A stretch of 64,000 nucleotides of DNA. Source: Rhodospirillales bacterium. GTDB taxonomy: Bacteria; Pseudomonadota; Alphaproteobacteria; Rhodospirillales; JASLLZ01. The stretch spans positions 1,062 through 65,061 of the forward strand of contig JASLLZ010000008.1 in NCBI GenBank assembly GCA_030746775.1. Reading direction: 5' to 3'. Under the pieces are notes generated by a model. That model was not told where the DNA came from. It did not search any database and saw only the letters and a program-made list of their open reading frames with translations. The position numbers and the translations under genes were made by a program. Positions 21,880-32,226 of this stretch are shown one piece after another (positions within the stretch are counted from its first letter, which is position 1; the number at the start of each line of letters is the position of its first letter).

Positions 21880-22028
21880 AAAAGTCCTTCGCTAACGCTC
21901 AGTGTACTTTTCTTCAAAGTTGATAATGAGAAAGGCGTGCTTGGGGCGGCCCGGCGCCCGCCTCAAGAGCCGATTTGGCCGTATTGAAAGCGGTAAAAAG
22001 TACACCGAGCCGAAGGCGAGGGACTTTT
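21880..22028. repeat. About 150-bp imperfect palindromic intergenic element between convergent gloA and gltA
   Basis: Arm 21880-21911 (AAAAGTCCTTCGCTAACGCTCAGTGTACTTTT) is the near-perfect reverse complement of arm 21996-22028 (AAAAGTACACCGAGCCGAAGGCGAGGGACTTTT). The arms are about 84 nt apart. Confidence 0.75.
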
Positions 22029-22067
22029 TAACGACCGACCAAATAGGCCGCCGGCGGCCCCGCGCCC

Positions 22068-23399
22068 CTACTTGCGCCGATCGAGCGGCACGTACTTACG
22101 CTCGGGCTCGCCGGTGAAAAGCTGGCGCGGGCGACCGATCTTTTGTGTCGGATCCTCGATCATCTCATTCCACTGGGCGACCCAGCCGACGGTCCGCGCC
22201 AAGGCGAAGAGCGCCGTGAACATGGACGTCGGAACCCCCATGGCGCGCAGGATGATGCCCGAGTAGAAATCGACGTTCGGATACAGCTTCTTTTCGATGA
22301 AGTATGGTTCCGACAGCGCGATTTGCTCCAACTCCATGGCCAGGTCGAGCAGGGGTTCGTCCGTGATCCCCAATTCCTTGAGAACCTTGTGGCACTCGGC
22401 CTGGAGGACCTTGGCGCGCGGATCGTAGCTCTTGTAGACCCGGTGCCCGAAGCCCATGAGGCGGAACGCGTCCTTGGGGTCCTTGGCCTTGTCCACATAC
22501 TCCTTGATGCGGTTGGTGCTGCCGATCTCGCCCAGCATGTTGAGCACCGCTTCATTGGCGCCGCCATGGGCCGGTCCCCACAGCGAGGCAATGCCGGCGG
22601 CGATGCAGGCATAGGGATTGGCGCCGCTGGAGCCAGCGAGACGCACCGTCGAGGTCGAAGCGTTCTGCTCGTGGTCGGCGTGGAGGATGAAGATACGCCG
22701 CATCGCTTGCGACAACACGGGATTGATATCGTAAGTCTCGCACGGCGTCGCGAACATCATGTGCAGGAAGTTCTCGGAAAACCCGAGGTCGTTGCGCGGA
22801 TAGATGAAGGGCTGTCCCTGGGAATACTTATACGCCATCGCGGCGATGGTCGGCATCTTCGCGATCAGGCGATAGGACGCCACCATGCGATGGCGCGGAT
22901 TGGTGATGTCGGTGCTGTCGTGATAGAAGGCCGAAAGCGCCCCAACCACGCCGCACATGATCGCCATCGGGTGCGAATCACGGCGGAAACCGCGGAAGAA
23001 GTAGTTGATCTGCTCGTTCAGCATGGTGTGATAGGTGATGTCGTGCTCGAACTTTGCGTGCTGCTCCTGCGTCGGCAATTCGCCATACAGCAGGAGATAG
23101 CAGACATCCATGAAGGTGGAATGCTCGGCCAGATCCTCGATGGGATAACCGCGGTAGAGCAAGATGCCCTCATCGCCGTCGATGTAGGTAATCTGCGATT
23201 CGCAACTTCCCGTCGAGGTATAACCAGGGTCGTAGGTAAAGTAGCCCGTCTCGGCGTAAAGCTTGCGGACGTCGATGACGTCCGGACCTATGGTTCCCTT
23301 GATGATAGGAAATTCGAAGCTGCGCTTGTTGGGCGTATCGACGAAGGTTACCACCGCCTGGGACGCCGATTTCTTGGCACTGGCATTTTTCGCGTTCAT
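22068..23399 (-). CDS. gltA: Citrate synthase (type II)
   Basis: 443 aa. [14 protein letters not shown] active-site motif. Confidence 0.95.
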   Translation of the reverse strand: MNAKNASAKKSASQAVVTFVDTPNKRSFEFPIIKGTIGPDVIDVRKLYAETGYFTYDPGYTSTGSCESQITYIDGDEGILLYRGYPIEDLAEHSTFMDVCYLLLYGELPTQEQHAKFEHDITYHTMLNEQINYFFRGFRRDSHPMAIMCGVVGALSAFYHDSTDITNPRHRMVASYRLIAKMPTIAAMAYKYSQGQPFIYPRNDLGFSENFLHMMFATPCETYDINPVLSQAMRRIFILHADHEQNASTSTVRLAGSSGANPYACIAAGIASLWGPAHGGANEAVLNMLGEIGSTNRIKEYVDKAKDPKDAFRLMGFGHRVYKSYDPRAKVLQAECHKVLKELGITDEPLLDLAMELEQIALSEPYFIEKKLYPNVDFYSGIILRAMGVPTSMFTALFALARTVGWVAQWNEMIEDPTQKIGRPRQLFTGEPERKYVPLDRRK

Positions 23400-23507
23400 A
23401 AGTCCTATCCCCTACGAAGTGGGCGGCCGGTCAACGGTATCCGGCCCATCCCTTGGTTGTTACATCGAATATGTGCTCACTTTTTTCCGGCCATTCAATG
23501 ATTTGCA

Positions 23508-24914
23508 TCAAAACCCGCCGATCACGTCGTCCAGCCTTCCTAAAGTTTCCTCCTCACCCAAAACCCTCATGACCTCGAAGACTGGCGGCGAAACGGCCGC
23601 GCCGGTCAGCGCGGCGCGCAAGGGCTGGGCTATTTTTCCCAACTTGAGCCCTTGGTCTTCGGCGAAGCGTCGAACCAGGACCTCGATGGCTCCGTCGCTC
23701 CACTCGGGCAGCTCCGCCAACTGCTCACGAAGCCCTTTCAGGTGCCCAAGCGCGGTGGAGTCGAGGAGCTTGGCCGCCTTGTCGTCCAGGGTTAACGGTC
23801 TCAACCGGGCATAAAAGGCGGCGCTGTCGGTTAGGTCCACAAGTGTCGTTGCCCGCTCCTTCAAACCGGGCATTCCCATTATTAGCCGGTTCGGCGCCTC
23901 GTCGGCAATGCCTCGGGCCGGTTTCACGTCGAGGCCGGTCAAAACCAGGTCGGCAAGCCGGCCGTCGTCGGCATGGCGCAGGTAATGGGCGTTGAGGCTG
24001 TCGAGCCTGTCCTTGTCGAAGCGCGCCGGCGAGCGGCCGATGGCGTCGAGGGAAAACCAGGCAATGGCCTGTTCGGTGTCTATGATCTCATCGTCGCCGT
24101 GGGACCAGCCCAGGCGTAGCAGGTAATTGCGCATGGCCTCGGGCAGGTAGCCCTGGTCGCGGTATTCCCCCACGCCCAGCGCCCCGTGACGCTTGGAAAG
24201 CTTGCTCCCGTCGGGTCCATGGAGGAGAGGGACGTGGGCAAAGGCCGGCACCTCCCAATCCAGCGCCCTGTATATTTGCAATTGGCGAAAGGCGTTGGTC
24301 AGGTGGTCGTCGCCCCGGATGACATGGGTCACGCCGGCCTCATGGTCGTCGACCACCACCGCCAACATGTAGGTAGGCGTCCCGTCGGCCCTCAGCAATA
24401 TCAAATCGTCGAGTTGATCGTTGGCCACTTCGATCTCGCCCTGCACCTTATCGTCGATGACGGTAGTGCCGACCTGGGGCATCTTGAGGCGGATCACCGG
24501 ATCGACGCCCGGCGGCGCCGTGGCCGGGTCGCGGTCGCGCCACCGCCCGTCGTAGCGCATCGAGCGGCCCTCGCGGCGCGCCGCCTGGCGCATTTCGTTC
24601 AGTTCGTCCGGCGTGCAAAAGCATTGGTAGGCCTTGCCTTCGGCCAGTAAACGGCACGCCACCCCGGCGTGGCGCTTGACACTATCGAACTGAGACTGCG
24701 CGTCCCCGTCCCAGTCCAATCCCAGCCAACCAAGGCCGTCGAGGATGGCGCCGACGGCCTCGGGCGTCGAGCGCGCGCGGTCCGTATCCTCGATACGCAA
24801 CAAGAATCGCCCCGCGTGATGGCGGGCGAACAACCAATTGAACAGGGCCGTGCGGGCACCGCCGATGTGAAGGGTCCCGGTCGGGGAGGGGGCGAAGCGG
24901 GTAACGACCGTCAT
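23508..24914 (-). CDS. gltX: Glutamate--tRNA ligase
   Basis: HIGH motif [19 protein letters not shown] and KMSKS-type motif KLSKRHG. Confidence 0.93.
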   Translation of the reverse strand: MTVVTRFAPSPTGTLHIGGARTALFNWLFARHHAGRFLLRIEDTDRARSTPEAVGAILDGLGWLGLDWDGDAQSQFDSVKRHAGVACRLLAEGKAYQCFCTPDELNEMRQAARREGRSMRYDGRWRDRDPATAPPGVDPVIRLKMPQVGTTVIDDKVQGEIEVANDQLDDLILLRADGTPTYMLAVVVDDHEAGVTHVIRGDDHLTNAFRQLQIYRALDWEVPAFAHVPLLHGPDGSKLSKRHGALGVGEYRDQGYLPEAMRNYLLRLGWSHGDDEIIDTEQAIAWFSLDAIGRSPARFDKDRLDSLNAHYLRHADDGRLADLVLTGLDVKPARGIADEAPNRLIMGMPGLKERATTLVDLTDSAAFYARLRPLTLDDKAAKLLDSTALGHLKGLREQLAELPEWSDGAIEVLVRRFAEDQGLKLGKIAQPLRAALTGAAVSPPVFEVMRVLGEEETLGRLDDVIGGF

Positions 24915-25075
24915 GGCGCGATCTGATAGACTTTCATTGTTACGGGCACTGTTACGGGCTCATGGTTTAGCATAATCTCTTAGCACTTGCAGCAAAAGCC
25001 TTCCGCGGCAACCGAAATGGGAGAAATAAAACGCCGATTCTTGGGATTTCAGGTATCTCCAACCGTCTCGCTGCA

Positions 25076-26860
25076 ATGCACGGGCTGAAAACCGTCCTCA
25101 ATCGCGAGCGGGAGCGATGGGTGCTCTGGCTTCCGGTTTTTCTGGGGCTTGGCATCGGTTTTTATTTCGCCCTTCCCGGCGAACCGCCGATCTGGCTCGG
25201 CCTGTCGGGAGTGGCCGGCGCCGCCACTCTGGGCTGGTTGGGACGGCGCCGCACCGTGCCCCTGATGGCGGCTTTGGGGCTGGGAATCCTGGCCCTGGGC
25301 TTCACCGCCGCCCAATGGCGGACATTGAGCATCGCGGCACCGGTGCTCGATAATCGCCTGGGCCCGACCGGCGTCACCGGCCAGGTGGTGGGTGTCGAGA
25401 CCCTGCCCGGAGCCAGCCGCGTTACCCTGGAACGCCCGCGCATCGCCCGCCTTTCCCCGGCCCGCACGCCGCACCGGGTGCGCCTGCGGCTGGGCGGGAA
25501 TCAGCCGCGCCTGATACCCGGCGACTGGATCCGGGTGCGCGCCATCCTTTCGCCGCCGCCGCCGCCCGCCGCGCCCGGCGCCTTCGACTTCCAACGTCAA
25601 TCCTATTTTCGCCAACTCGGCGCCGTCGGCTTTTCGCTCGGCGGCGCCACCGTCGAGGAGCATCCCCGCGCCGAAGGGTTGGCCGCCTTCGAGTTCGCCC
25701 TGGAACGGCTGCGCCAACGCATCACGGAACGCGTTGTGGCGGGCATCGACGGGACGCCGGGCGCCATCGCCGCCGCCCTGATGACGGGGTCACGCGGCGC
25801 CATTCCGCCCCAGGTGATGGCAAATATCCGGGATTCCGGGCTGGCCCATCTGTTGGCCATCTCAGGGCTGCACATCGGCCTGGTGGCGGGCATCGTGTTC
25901 ATAGGCCTGCGCGGCGCCCTGGCCCTGGTACCGCCCCTGGCCCTGCGCTACCCGATTAAGAAATGGGCGGCGGTGGCGGCCCTTTTCGGGGCCTTCGCCT
26001 ATGCCCTGGTGGCCGGCGCGACGGTGCCCACCCAGCGCGCCTTTTTGATGATCGGACTGGTGCTGCTCGCCGTTTTGTTCGATCGGCGCGGACTGTCCAT
26101 GCGCCTTGTCGCCTGGGCCGCCTTCGTCATCTTGCTGTTGAGGCCCGAAAGTCTGCTCGGCGCCAGCTTCCAACTATCGTTTGCCGCCGTCGTCGCCCTG
26201 GTCGCCGTCTACGAGGTCGTGCGCGACCGCCGGCGGCTTGACGAGTCAGGACCGCCGACGGGACCGCGCCGGGCGCTCAACTACCTGGGGGGTGTCGGGC
26301 TGACGACCCTGATCGCCGGCTCGGCGACGGCGCCCTTCGCGGTTTATCACTTCAACCGGTTTGCCGTCTTCGGTCTGGCCGCCAATCTGGTGGCGGTGCC
26401 GGTGACGGCACTGTGGATCATGCCGTGGGCCGTGGTCGCCTTTCTGTTGATGCCGTTTGGCCTGGAATCCCTGGCCCTGGCCCCCATGGGCCTGGGCATC
26501 GAGCTGGTGGTAAGGGTCGCTGACACGGTCGCTGCCTGGCCCGGCGCCGTGACCCTGGTTCCGGCCATGCCGATGTGGGGCCTGGCCGCCCTCGGCCTGG
26601 GGGGACTGTGGCTGTGCCTGTGGCGCTGCCGGTGGCGCGCCTGGGGACTGGCCGGCATTGCCGCCGGCCTTGCCGGGGTGGCCGCGGCAACGCCGCCCGA
26701 CTTGCTTGTCGACGGCGGCGGCCGCCTGATGGCCGTACGCTCGGCCTCGGGCGACTTCGCCGTCTCGACGCGCCGGAGCGGGCGCTTCAACCGCGGGGTG
26801 TGGCTGCGCCGGGTCGGCCAGGAAAGCCGAGGCGCCGCTGTGGCCCAGCCAGGGTTTTAG
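25076..26860 (+). CDS. comEC: ComEC/Rec2-family membrane protein, major part; the reading frame ends prematurely
   Basis: Polytopic membrane protein with the competence-domain motif SGLAHLLAISGLHIG. The ORF stops at 26858-26860, while the conserved C-terminal region continues in another frame. Confidence 0.8.
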   Translation: MHGLKTVLNRERERWVLWLPVFLGLGIGFYFALPGEPPIWLGLSGVAGAATLGWLGRRRTVPLMAALGLGILALGFTAAQWRTLSIAAPVLDNRLGPTGVTGQVVGVETLPGASRVTLERPRIARLSPARTPHRVRLRLGGNQPRLIPGDWIRVRAILSPPPPPAAPGAFDFQRQSYFRQLGAVGFSLGGATVEEHPRAEGLAAFEFALERLRQRITERVVAGIDGTPGAIAAALMTGSRGAIPPQVMANIRDSGLAHLLAISGLHIGLVAGIVFIGLRGALALVPPLALRYPIKKWAAVAALFGAFAYALVAGATVPTQRAFLMIGLVLLAVLFDRRGLSMRLVAWAAFVILLLRPESLLGASFQLSFAAVVALVAVYEVVRDRRRLDESGPPTGPRRALNYLGGVGLTTLIAGSATAPFAVYHFNRFAVFGLAANLVAVPVTALWIMPWAVVAFLLMPFGLESLALAPMGLGIELVVRVADTVAAWPGAVTLVPAMPMWGLAALGLGGLWLCLWRCRWRAWGLAGIAAGLAGVAAATPPDLLVDGGGRLMAVRSASGDFAVSTRRSGRFNRGVWLRRVGQESRGAAVAQPGF

Positions 26861-27182
26861 CGCCGACGGCCGACTGGTCTGCGACCACCTGGGCTGCATC
26901 CTGCGCGCCAAGGACCATGTGGTGGCCCTGGTCTCGCGCCCCCAGGGCCTTGCCGAGGACTGCTGGATCGCCGACGTGGTGGTCAGTATGGTGCCGGTGC
27001 GTGGCCCGTGTCCGGCGGCCAAGACGGTGATCGACAAATTCGACCTGTGGCGCCACGGCGGCCACGCCCTGTGGCTCCTCGACGGCGGCGGCGTGCGGGT
27101 GGAAAGCGTCAACCAAGAACGCGGCCATCGCCCCTGGGTGGTGCGGCCGAAACCGAGAGAGCGGCGAAACGGCGGGAGTTGA
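26841..27182 (+). pseudogene. comEC: C-terminal segment of ComEC in the +1 frame (apparent frameshift near 26832-26841)
   Basis: My manual translation from 26841 gives WPSQGFSADGRLVCDHLGCILRAKDHVVALVSRPQGLAEDCWIADVVV...VIDKFDLWRHGGHALWL...RPW. This resembles the usual alphaproteobacterial ComEC C-terminus as I recall it. Confidence 0.6.
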
Positions 27183-27199
27183 GGCGCCGCCGCCGTCGC

Positions 27200-27910
27200 T
27201 TAGTACTTGCGGATCAAACCGACCAGCCGGCCCTGCACCTTGACCCGGTCGGGTCCGAAGACGCGGGTCTCGTAGTCGGGATTGGCGGCTTCAAGCTCGA
27301 CCGAAGAGCCCTTGCGGCGCAGACGCTTCAGGGTCACTTCGGTGTCGTCGACCAGGGCGACGACGATGGTGCCGTTGTCGGCCGTATCGCGGCGCTGGAT
27401 AAGCACGGTGTCGCCATCCTGAATGCCGGCGTCAATCATCGATTCGCCCTCTACCTCAAGGGCATAGTGTTCGCCACCGCCCAAAAGATAGGCCGGCACC
27501 TCGACCGATTCGGTGTCGCGTAGGGCCTCGATCGGCGTGCCGGCGGCGATCCGTCCATAAAGCGGCAGTTCGACCACCTGCGCCGTGGTCGGCGCACGGC
27601 CCGCAAGCCCGCCCTCTATCACCTTGGCGTCAGCGCCGAAGCGTTCATTCAGCCCCTTGGCCGGACGCGACGGCTGGCGGCCGGCAAGACGCGCGTTGTC
27701 GGGCAGGCGCAGCACTTCCAAGGCCCGGGCCCGGTGGGGCAGGCGGCGGATGAAGCCGCGTTCCTCCAATCCGGTGATCAGGCGGTGGATGCCCGATTTC
27801 GATTGCAGTCCCAGGGCGTCCTTCATCTCGTCGAAGGAGGGCGAGACGCCGTTGTCCTTGAGATAGCCGTCAATATAAACCAAAAGCTCGTACTGTTTCC
27901 TGGTCAGCAT
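27200..27910 (-). CDS. lexA: LexA repressor
   Basis: 236 aa from ATG 27910 ([16 protein letters not shown]..., winged helix). S24 peptidase domain with GESMIDAGI (Ser) and TLKRL (Lys). The track ORF start 27991 is too far upstream. Confidence 0.92.
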   Translation of the reverse strand: MLTRKQYELLVYIDGYLKDNGVSPSFDEMKDALGLQSKSGIHRLITGLEERGFIRRLPHRARALEVLRLPDNARLAGRQPSRPAKGLNERFGADAKVIEGGLAGRAPTTAQVVELPLYGRIAAGTPIEALRDTESVEVPAYLLGGGEHYALEVEGESMIDAGIQDGDTVLIQRRDTADNGTIVVALVDDTEVTLKRLRRKGSSVELEAANPDYETRVFGPDRVKVQGRLVGLIRKY

Positions 27911-27962
27911 GGCTATTCCCCCGCGAATGGAGCCTTGGAACGAATGACAAACATTCATGTCT

Positions 27963-27977
27963 GTTCTAGTTTGGTTC
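27963..27977 (-). promoter_or_regulatory. Alphaproteobacterial SOS (LexA) box, GTTC-N7-GTTC
   Basis: GTTCTAGTTTGGTTC lies about 55-65 nt upstream of the lexA ATG. A weaker GAAC-N7-AAAC half-match lies at 27938-27952. Confidence 0.7.
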
Positions 27978-28063
27978 CGGTGTCGGGTCAAGCAAAACTT
28001 TGCTTCCCACCGAGCGAGCGCGTGTAGAGCAATTCCGTTGCTAAGTTACGGCACCAGCCCGCT

Positions 28064-28115
28064 CCCCCACCCGGCCACCCACAGCATACAATGGCATTGG
28101 GTGGCCGGGTGGGGG
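28064..28115 (-). terminator. Perfect 18-bp stem hairpin downstream of moeA
   Basis: 28064-28081 CCCCCACCCGGCCACCCA pairs with 28098-28115 TGGGTGGCCGGGTGGGGG around a 16-nt loop. No U-tract follows, so intrinsic termination is not certain. Confidence 0.5.
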
Positions 28116-28147
28116 TGCGGGCCGGCGCCGGACAGATTTGAAAGGCT

Positions 28148-29362
28148 TCAGAATGACAAGAGGCCGCGGCGCAGGGGCACGATCTCGACCCGCTCGCCGG
28201 CCCCGGCCGCGGCGGCATGGGGAGGCCGCACGATCAGGCAGTCGGCGGCAGCGAAAACCGCCATCATGGCGCTGTCTTGTTTGCCGGCCGGCGTCGCCAC
28301 CGGGTTGCCGTCGGCGTCGTTGGCGATCGTCGCGCGCAGGTAGTCCTGGCGTTCGTCGTTGCCCTCCAAGTCGCACCCAAGAAGTGCCGTCGGCGGCGGC
28401 CCGTCATCGTCCAAGGTGCCCAGCATGGCCTCGATGGCGGGTTTGAGGAAGATCACCGCCGAGACGCCGGCCGAAACCGGGTTGCCCGGCATGCCAAGGA
28501 CCGCGAGGGCCCCCAGGCGGCCGAAGATGACGGGCTTGCCCGGGCGCATGGCGACGCGGTGAAAGGCAAGCTCCAGGCCCTCTTCGTCGAGCACCCGGCG
28601 CACCAGGTCGTGCTCGCCGACCGAGGCGCCGCCGATGGTCACCAGTACGTCGGCGCCCCTGGCACCAAGGATCAGGGCGCGCAGTTCTTCGATATCGTCG
28701 GCGGCTATCCCTAAGTTAAACGCCTCGCCGCCGAGGACGCGGACATAGGCCGCCACGGCCAGGCTGTTGGAACTGATGATCTGGTCGCGGGTTCGCGGTT
28801 CGCCCGGCATGACCAACTCGTCGCCGGTGGCAAGGACGGCAATGCGCGGCCGGCGGCGGACGCTGAGCCAGGGCACGTTCATGGCCGCCGCCACGCCGAT
28901 GTCACGCGCCGTCATCACCCGGCCCGCCGGCAAAAGCACCCGGCCCTCGGCGAAGTCGAGGCCGGCAGGGCGGATGAACTTACCGGGTGCCGCCCCCTGG
29001 CGGACCAATACGTCATCGCCCTCGGCCTCGGTATTTTCTTGAATAACAATGGCATCGGCGCCTTCGGGGACGGGGGCGCCGGTGAAGATGCGCACCGCGT
29101 GGCCGGCGCCGAGGACACCGTCAAAAGCCTGGCCGGCCGCCGATTCGCCGATCCGGCGCAAGGTTACCGGCACCGCCGCCACGTCGCTTGCGCGCACCGC
29201 GTAGCCGTCCATGGCCGAGACATCGGACGGCGGCTGGGTAATGCGCGAAGCCACATCGTCCGCCAGCACCCGGCCCAGGGCGTCGGCCAGGCCGACCCGT
29301 TCGGACGGCAGCGGCGAGAAGGCGGCGGTGAGCAATTCGAGGGCTTGGGCGACGGAGATCAT
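28148..29362 (-). CDS. moeA: Molybdopterin molybdenumtransferase
   Basis: 404 aa with MoeA domain organisation. GGASVGEHD motif in the MoCF-binding domain. Confidence 0.88.
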   Translation of the reverse strand: MISVAQALELLTAAFSPLPSERVGLADALGRVLADDVASRITQPPSDVSAMDGYAVRASDVAAVPVTLRRIGESAAGQAFDGVLGAGHAVRIFTGAPVPEGADAIVIQENTEAEGDDVLVRQGAAPGKFIRPAGLDFAEGRVLLPAGRVMTARDIGVAAAMNVPWLSVRRRPRIAVLATGDELVMPGEPRTRDQIISSNSLAVAAYVRVLGGEAFNLGIAADDIEELRALILGARGADVLVTIGGASVGEHDLVRRVLDEEGLELAFHRVAMRPGKPVIFGRLGALAVLGMPGNPVSAGVSAVIFLKPAIEAMLGTLDDDGPPPTALLGCDLEGNDERQDYLRATIANDADGNPVATPAGKQDSAMMAVFAAADCLIVRPPHAAAAGAGERVEIVPLRRGLLSF

Positions 29363-29459
29363 GGAGAGGATCGAGCCATTCCGGTTGGGCCGCGAAGGAT
29401 ACGAAGGCCGCCCATTATAGCCCCTTCGCCACAGGTTTCACGCCCCGGGTTTACTTACG

Positions 29460-31475
29460 TCAAACGTCGATGTCGTCGACGAAGCGGGCGTGTTCCTGGA
29501 TATAGGCCAGCCGCAATTCGGGCTTGCGGCCCATCAGGCTGTCGACCAGGCGATGGGTATCGCCGATTGTGGCCTCGTCCTCGCCATGGCCGGGCAGGGT
29601 GACGCGAAGCAATGTTCTCAACTCCCGCGCCATGGTGGTTTCCTTGAGCTGGGCCGGCGGCATTTCGCCCAGGCCCTTGAAACGGCTGATCTCCACCTTG
29701 CCCTTGCCGGTAAATTCGCCTTTTAGCAATTCGTCCTTGTGGGCATCGTCGCGGGCAAAGGCGGTGCGAGAGCCCTGGGTGATCCGGTACAACGGCGGCA
29801 GAGCGATATAAAGGTGCCCCAATTCAATGAGTTGCGGCATTTGTTTAAAGAAAAATGTTATCAGTAATGCGGTGATATGGGCGCCGTCCACGTCGGCATC
29901 CGTCATGATGATGACGCGGTCGTAGCGCAACGCGTCTTCGTCAAAGGCCTCGCCGGCGCCGCAGCCCAGGGCCTCCATCAGGTCCTTGATTTCCTGATTG
30001 GCGTGGAGCTTGTCGGCCGAAGCGCTGGCCACGTTGAGGATCTTGCCCCTGAGCGGCAGCACCGCCTGGGTGGCGCGATCGCGGGCCTGCTTGGCCGAAC
30101 CGCCCGCCGAGTCCCCCTCGACCAGGAAAATTTCGGTATCGTCGGTGGTTTTTCTTGAACAATCGGAGAGCTTGCCGGGCAGGCGCAAGCGGCGCGTCGC
30201 CGAGGCGCGTTTGGTCTCGCGCTGGGCTTTGAGCCGACGCCGTTCGTCGGCGCGCCCAATGACGTGGTCGAGCAGGCGACGCGCCGAATCCGTATCGCCC
30301 GACAGCCAATGGTCGAAATGATCCCGGATGCTGGTCTCAACCAAGCGGGCGGCGGCGGCGCTCGACAGCTTCTCCTTGGTCTGGCCCTGGAATTCTGGAT
30401 TTTCCATGAAAAGCGACAGCATGACGCAGGCCCCCCCGACCACGTCGTCGGCGGAAATCTTGGCCGCATGGCGGTTACCGATAAGCTCGCCGTGGGCCTT
30501 GAGCGCCTTGGTCAGACCCCCGCGCAGGCCTTGTTCGTGGGTGCCGCCGTGGGGCGTCGGCACGGTGTTGCAATAGGAATTGAGGAAGGCGCCCTCGTCA
30601 ACCGGCCAGGCCACCACCCATTCGACCTTTCCCGAACCGCCGTTCAACTTGGCGTCGCCGGAAAAAGGGGTGGCGGTCAAAGTGGCGCGCTCATCCAGCG
30701 TCGTCGCCAGGAAATCGGCTAGGCCGCCCGGAAAATGCAAGACGTCGCTTTCGGGCGTCTGGTCGCCCTTCTTGAGCAAGGCCGGATCGCACGACCAGCG
30801 GATTTCGACGCCGCGAAACAGATAGGCCTTGGACCGGGCCATGCGGTAAAGAAGGGCCGGGCGAAATCCGACCTTGGGGCCGAAAATCTTGGGATCGGGG
30901 TGGAAACGGACGGTCGTGCCGCGGCGGTTGTGCACCGCTCCCTTATCCTTCGGCGGCCCCTTGGGTTTGCCCTGGCGATAGGACTGGGTCCACAGCTTGC
31001 GGTCGCGGGCGACCTCGACGGTAAGGTGATCGGACAGCGCGTTGACCACCGACAGGCCCACCCCATGCAGGCCGCCGGCGGTTTTGTAAGCCTGACCCGA
31101 GAACTTGCCGCCCGAATGCAAGGTGGTAAGGATGACCTCGAGGGCCGATTTGTTCTTGAACTTGGGGTGGGGATCGATCGGAATACCGCGGCCGTTGTCG
31201 CTGACCGTCACCCACTGGTCGGCGGCGATTTCCAGATCGATGCGGCTGGCCTGTCCGGCCACCGCCTCGTCCATGGCATTGTCGAGGAGTTCCGCCGCCA
31301 GGTGATGCAACGCATGCTCGTCGGTACCGCCGATGTACATGCCGGGGCGTCGGCGCACGGGCTCAAGGCCTTCCAGGACCTCGATGTCCTTGGCCGAATA
31401 GCCGCGCCGCCGCCGTGGACCGGCATCGGCCGTCTCAACGAACAGGTCGTCCATCGCCGTTGCACCCGCCGTCAT
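29460..31475 (-). CDS. parE: DNA topoisomerase IV subunit B
   Basis: GHKL ATPase (RRRPGMYIGGT), Toprim LVEGDSAGGSAKQARDR and PLRGKILNV. No GyrB-type insertion. The start is ATG 31475 or 31454; track ORF start 31763 is upstream read-through. Confidence 0.85.
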   Translation of the reverse strand: MTAGATAMDDLFVETADAGPRRRRGYSAKDIEVLEGLEPVRRRPGMYIGGTDEHALHHLAAELLDNAMDEAVAGQASRIDLEIAADQWVTVSDNGRGIPIDPHPKFKNKSALEVILTTLHSGGKFSGQAYKTAGGLHGVGLSVVNALSDHLTVEVARDRKLWTQSYRQGKPKGPPKDKGAVHNRRGTTVRFHPDPKIFGPKVGFRPALLYRMARSKAYLFRGVEIRWSCDPALLKKGDQTPESDVLHFPGGLADFLATTLDERATLTATPFSGDAKLNGGSGKVEWVVAWPVDEGAFLNSYCNTVPTPHGGTHEQGLRGGLTKALKAHGELIGNRHAAKISADDVVGGACVMLSLFMENPEFQGQTKEKLSSAAAARLVETSIRDHFDHWLSGDTDSARRLLDHVIGRADERRRLKAQRETKRASATRRLRLPGKLSDCSRKTTDDTEIFLVEGDSAGGSAKQARDRATQAVLPLRGKILNVASASADKLHANQEIKDLMEALGCGAGEAFDEDALRYDRVIIMTDADVDGAHITALLITFFFKQMPQLIELGHLYIALPPLYRITQGSRTAFARDDAHKDELLKGEFTGKGKVEISRFKGLGEMPPAQLKETTMARELRTLLRVTLPGHGEDEATIGDTHRLVDSLMGRKPELRLAYIQEHARFVDDIDV

Positions 31476-31596
31476 GGTCGTATTTCCGTTCCGTTGGCCC
31501 CATATCCATAATTGGTCTCGGGGATTGGCGCAAGGACGATATAGTAGGGTTGATGTGCGGTTGATGGCACATGTTGTGGAAAAGGGGGGCTTTATC

Positions 31597-31989
31597 ATGT
31601 CCAAGGAGGCGACCGAACCACGCGGCGAACTGGCCATCCGGACCCAGGCCATGCCGAGCGACACCAACCCCAGCGGCGACATCTTCGGCGGTTGGCTGAT
31701 GGCGCAAATGGACATCGCCGGCGGCATTACGGCGGCGTGGCGGGCCAAGGGCCGTGTCGTCACGGTGGCGGTGACCGGGATGGCGTTCCACCGCCCGGTC
31801 CGCGTCGGCGACGTGCTTTGCGTTTACGCCGAGATCGAGCGAACCGGCCGCACTTCGTTGACCCTTCCCGTCGAAGCCTGGGTCCACCGCCGCGGTGACA
31901 TGAACCGGAGAGTCAAGGTTACCGAAGGCGTCTTCACCTACGTCGCCATCGACGCCGACGGCAACAAGCGCGAGGTACCGGCTCCTTGA
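31597..31989 (+). CDS. Acyl-CoA thioesterase, hotdog fold (YciA-like)
   Basis: 130 aa from ATG 31597. MPSDTNPSGDIFGGWLMAQMD motif. Confidence 0.8.
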   Translation: MSKEATEPRGELAIRTQAMPSDTNPSGDIFGGWLMAQMDIAGGITAAWRAKGRVVTVAVTGMAFHRPVRVGDVLCVYAEIERTGRTSLTLPVEAWVHRRGDMNRRVKVTEGVFTYVAIDADGNKREVPAP

Positions 31990-32226
31990 ACAGTGCCGCG
32001 AGGGCGAAAGCCGCTTGACTTCCAACCGCCGTACCGTATCACCATAGCGTTCTCCACACTTAACCCGTGGGGCGGTAACGGCAATCTTCCGAGCTGGCAA
32101 GCAACAACGGACCAAGCATGGCTTATTGCTCTCATTCGCTTATGCCTGTAAGGGCGGGGGCCGGGACCGGGGTGTGCCTTGCCATCGAGGCGGCGCCGCC
32201 CGCCGTCGCCGGCCCGGGATGAGCCG

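Noticed and set aside
27938-27952. Second LexA box (GAAC-N7-AAAC) upstream of lexA.
   Set aside because: It has one mismatch and the opposite orientation to the good box at 27963-27977. It could be real but is not supportable from sequence alone.
29460-31763. N-terminal 96-aa extension of ParE. Similar upstream extensions occur in track ORFs for pyrH, frr, uppS, cdsA, lpxI, gloA, lexA, DUF547, glnB, tkt and rpe.
   Set aside because: The extensions lack homology-like sequence and overlap neighbouring genes or promoters. Conserved N-termini begin at internal start codons, several of them with SD-like sequences.
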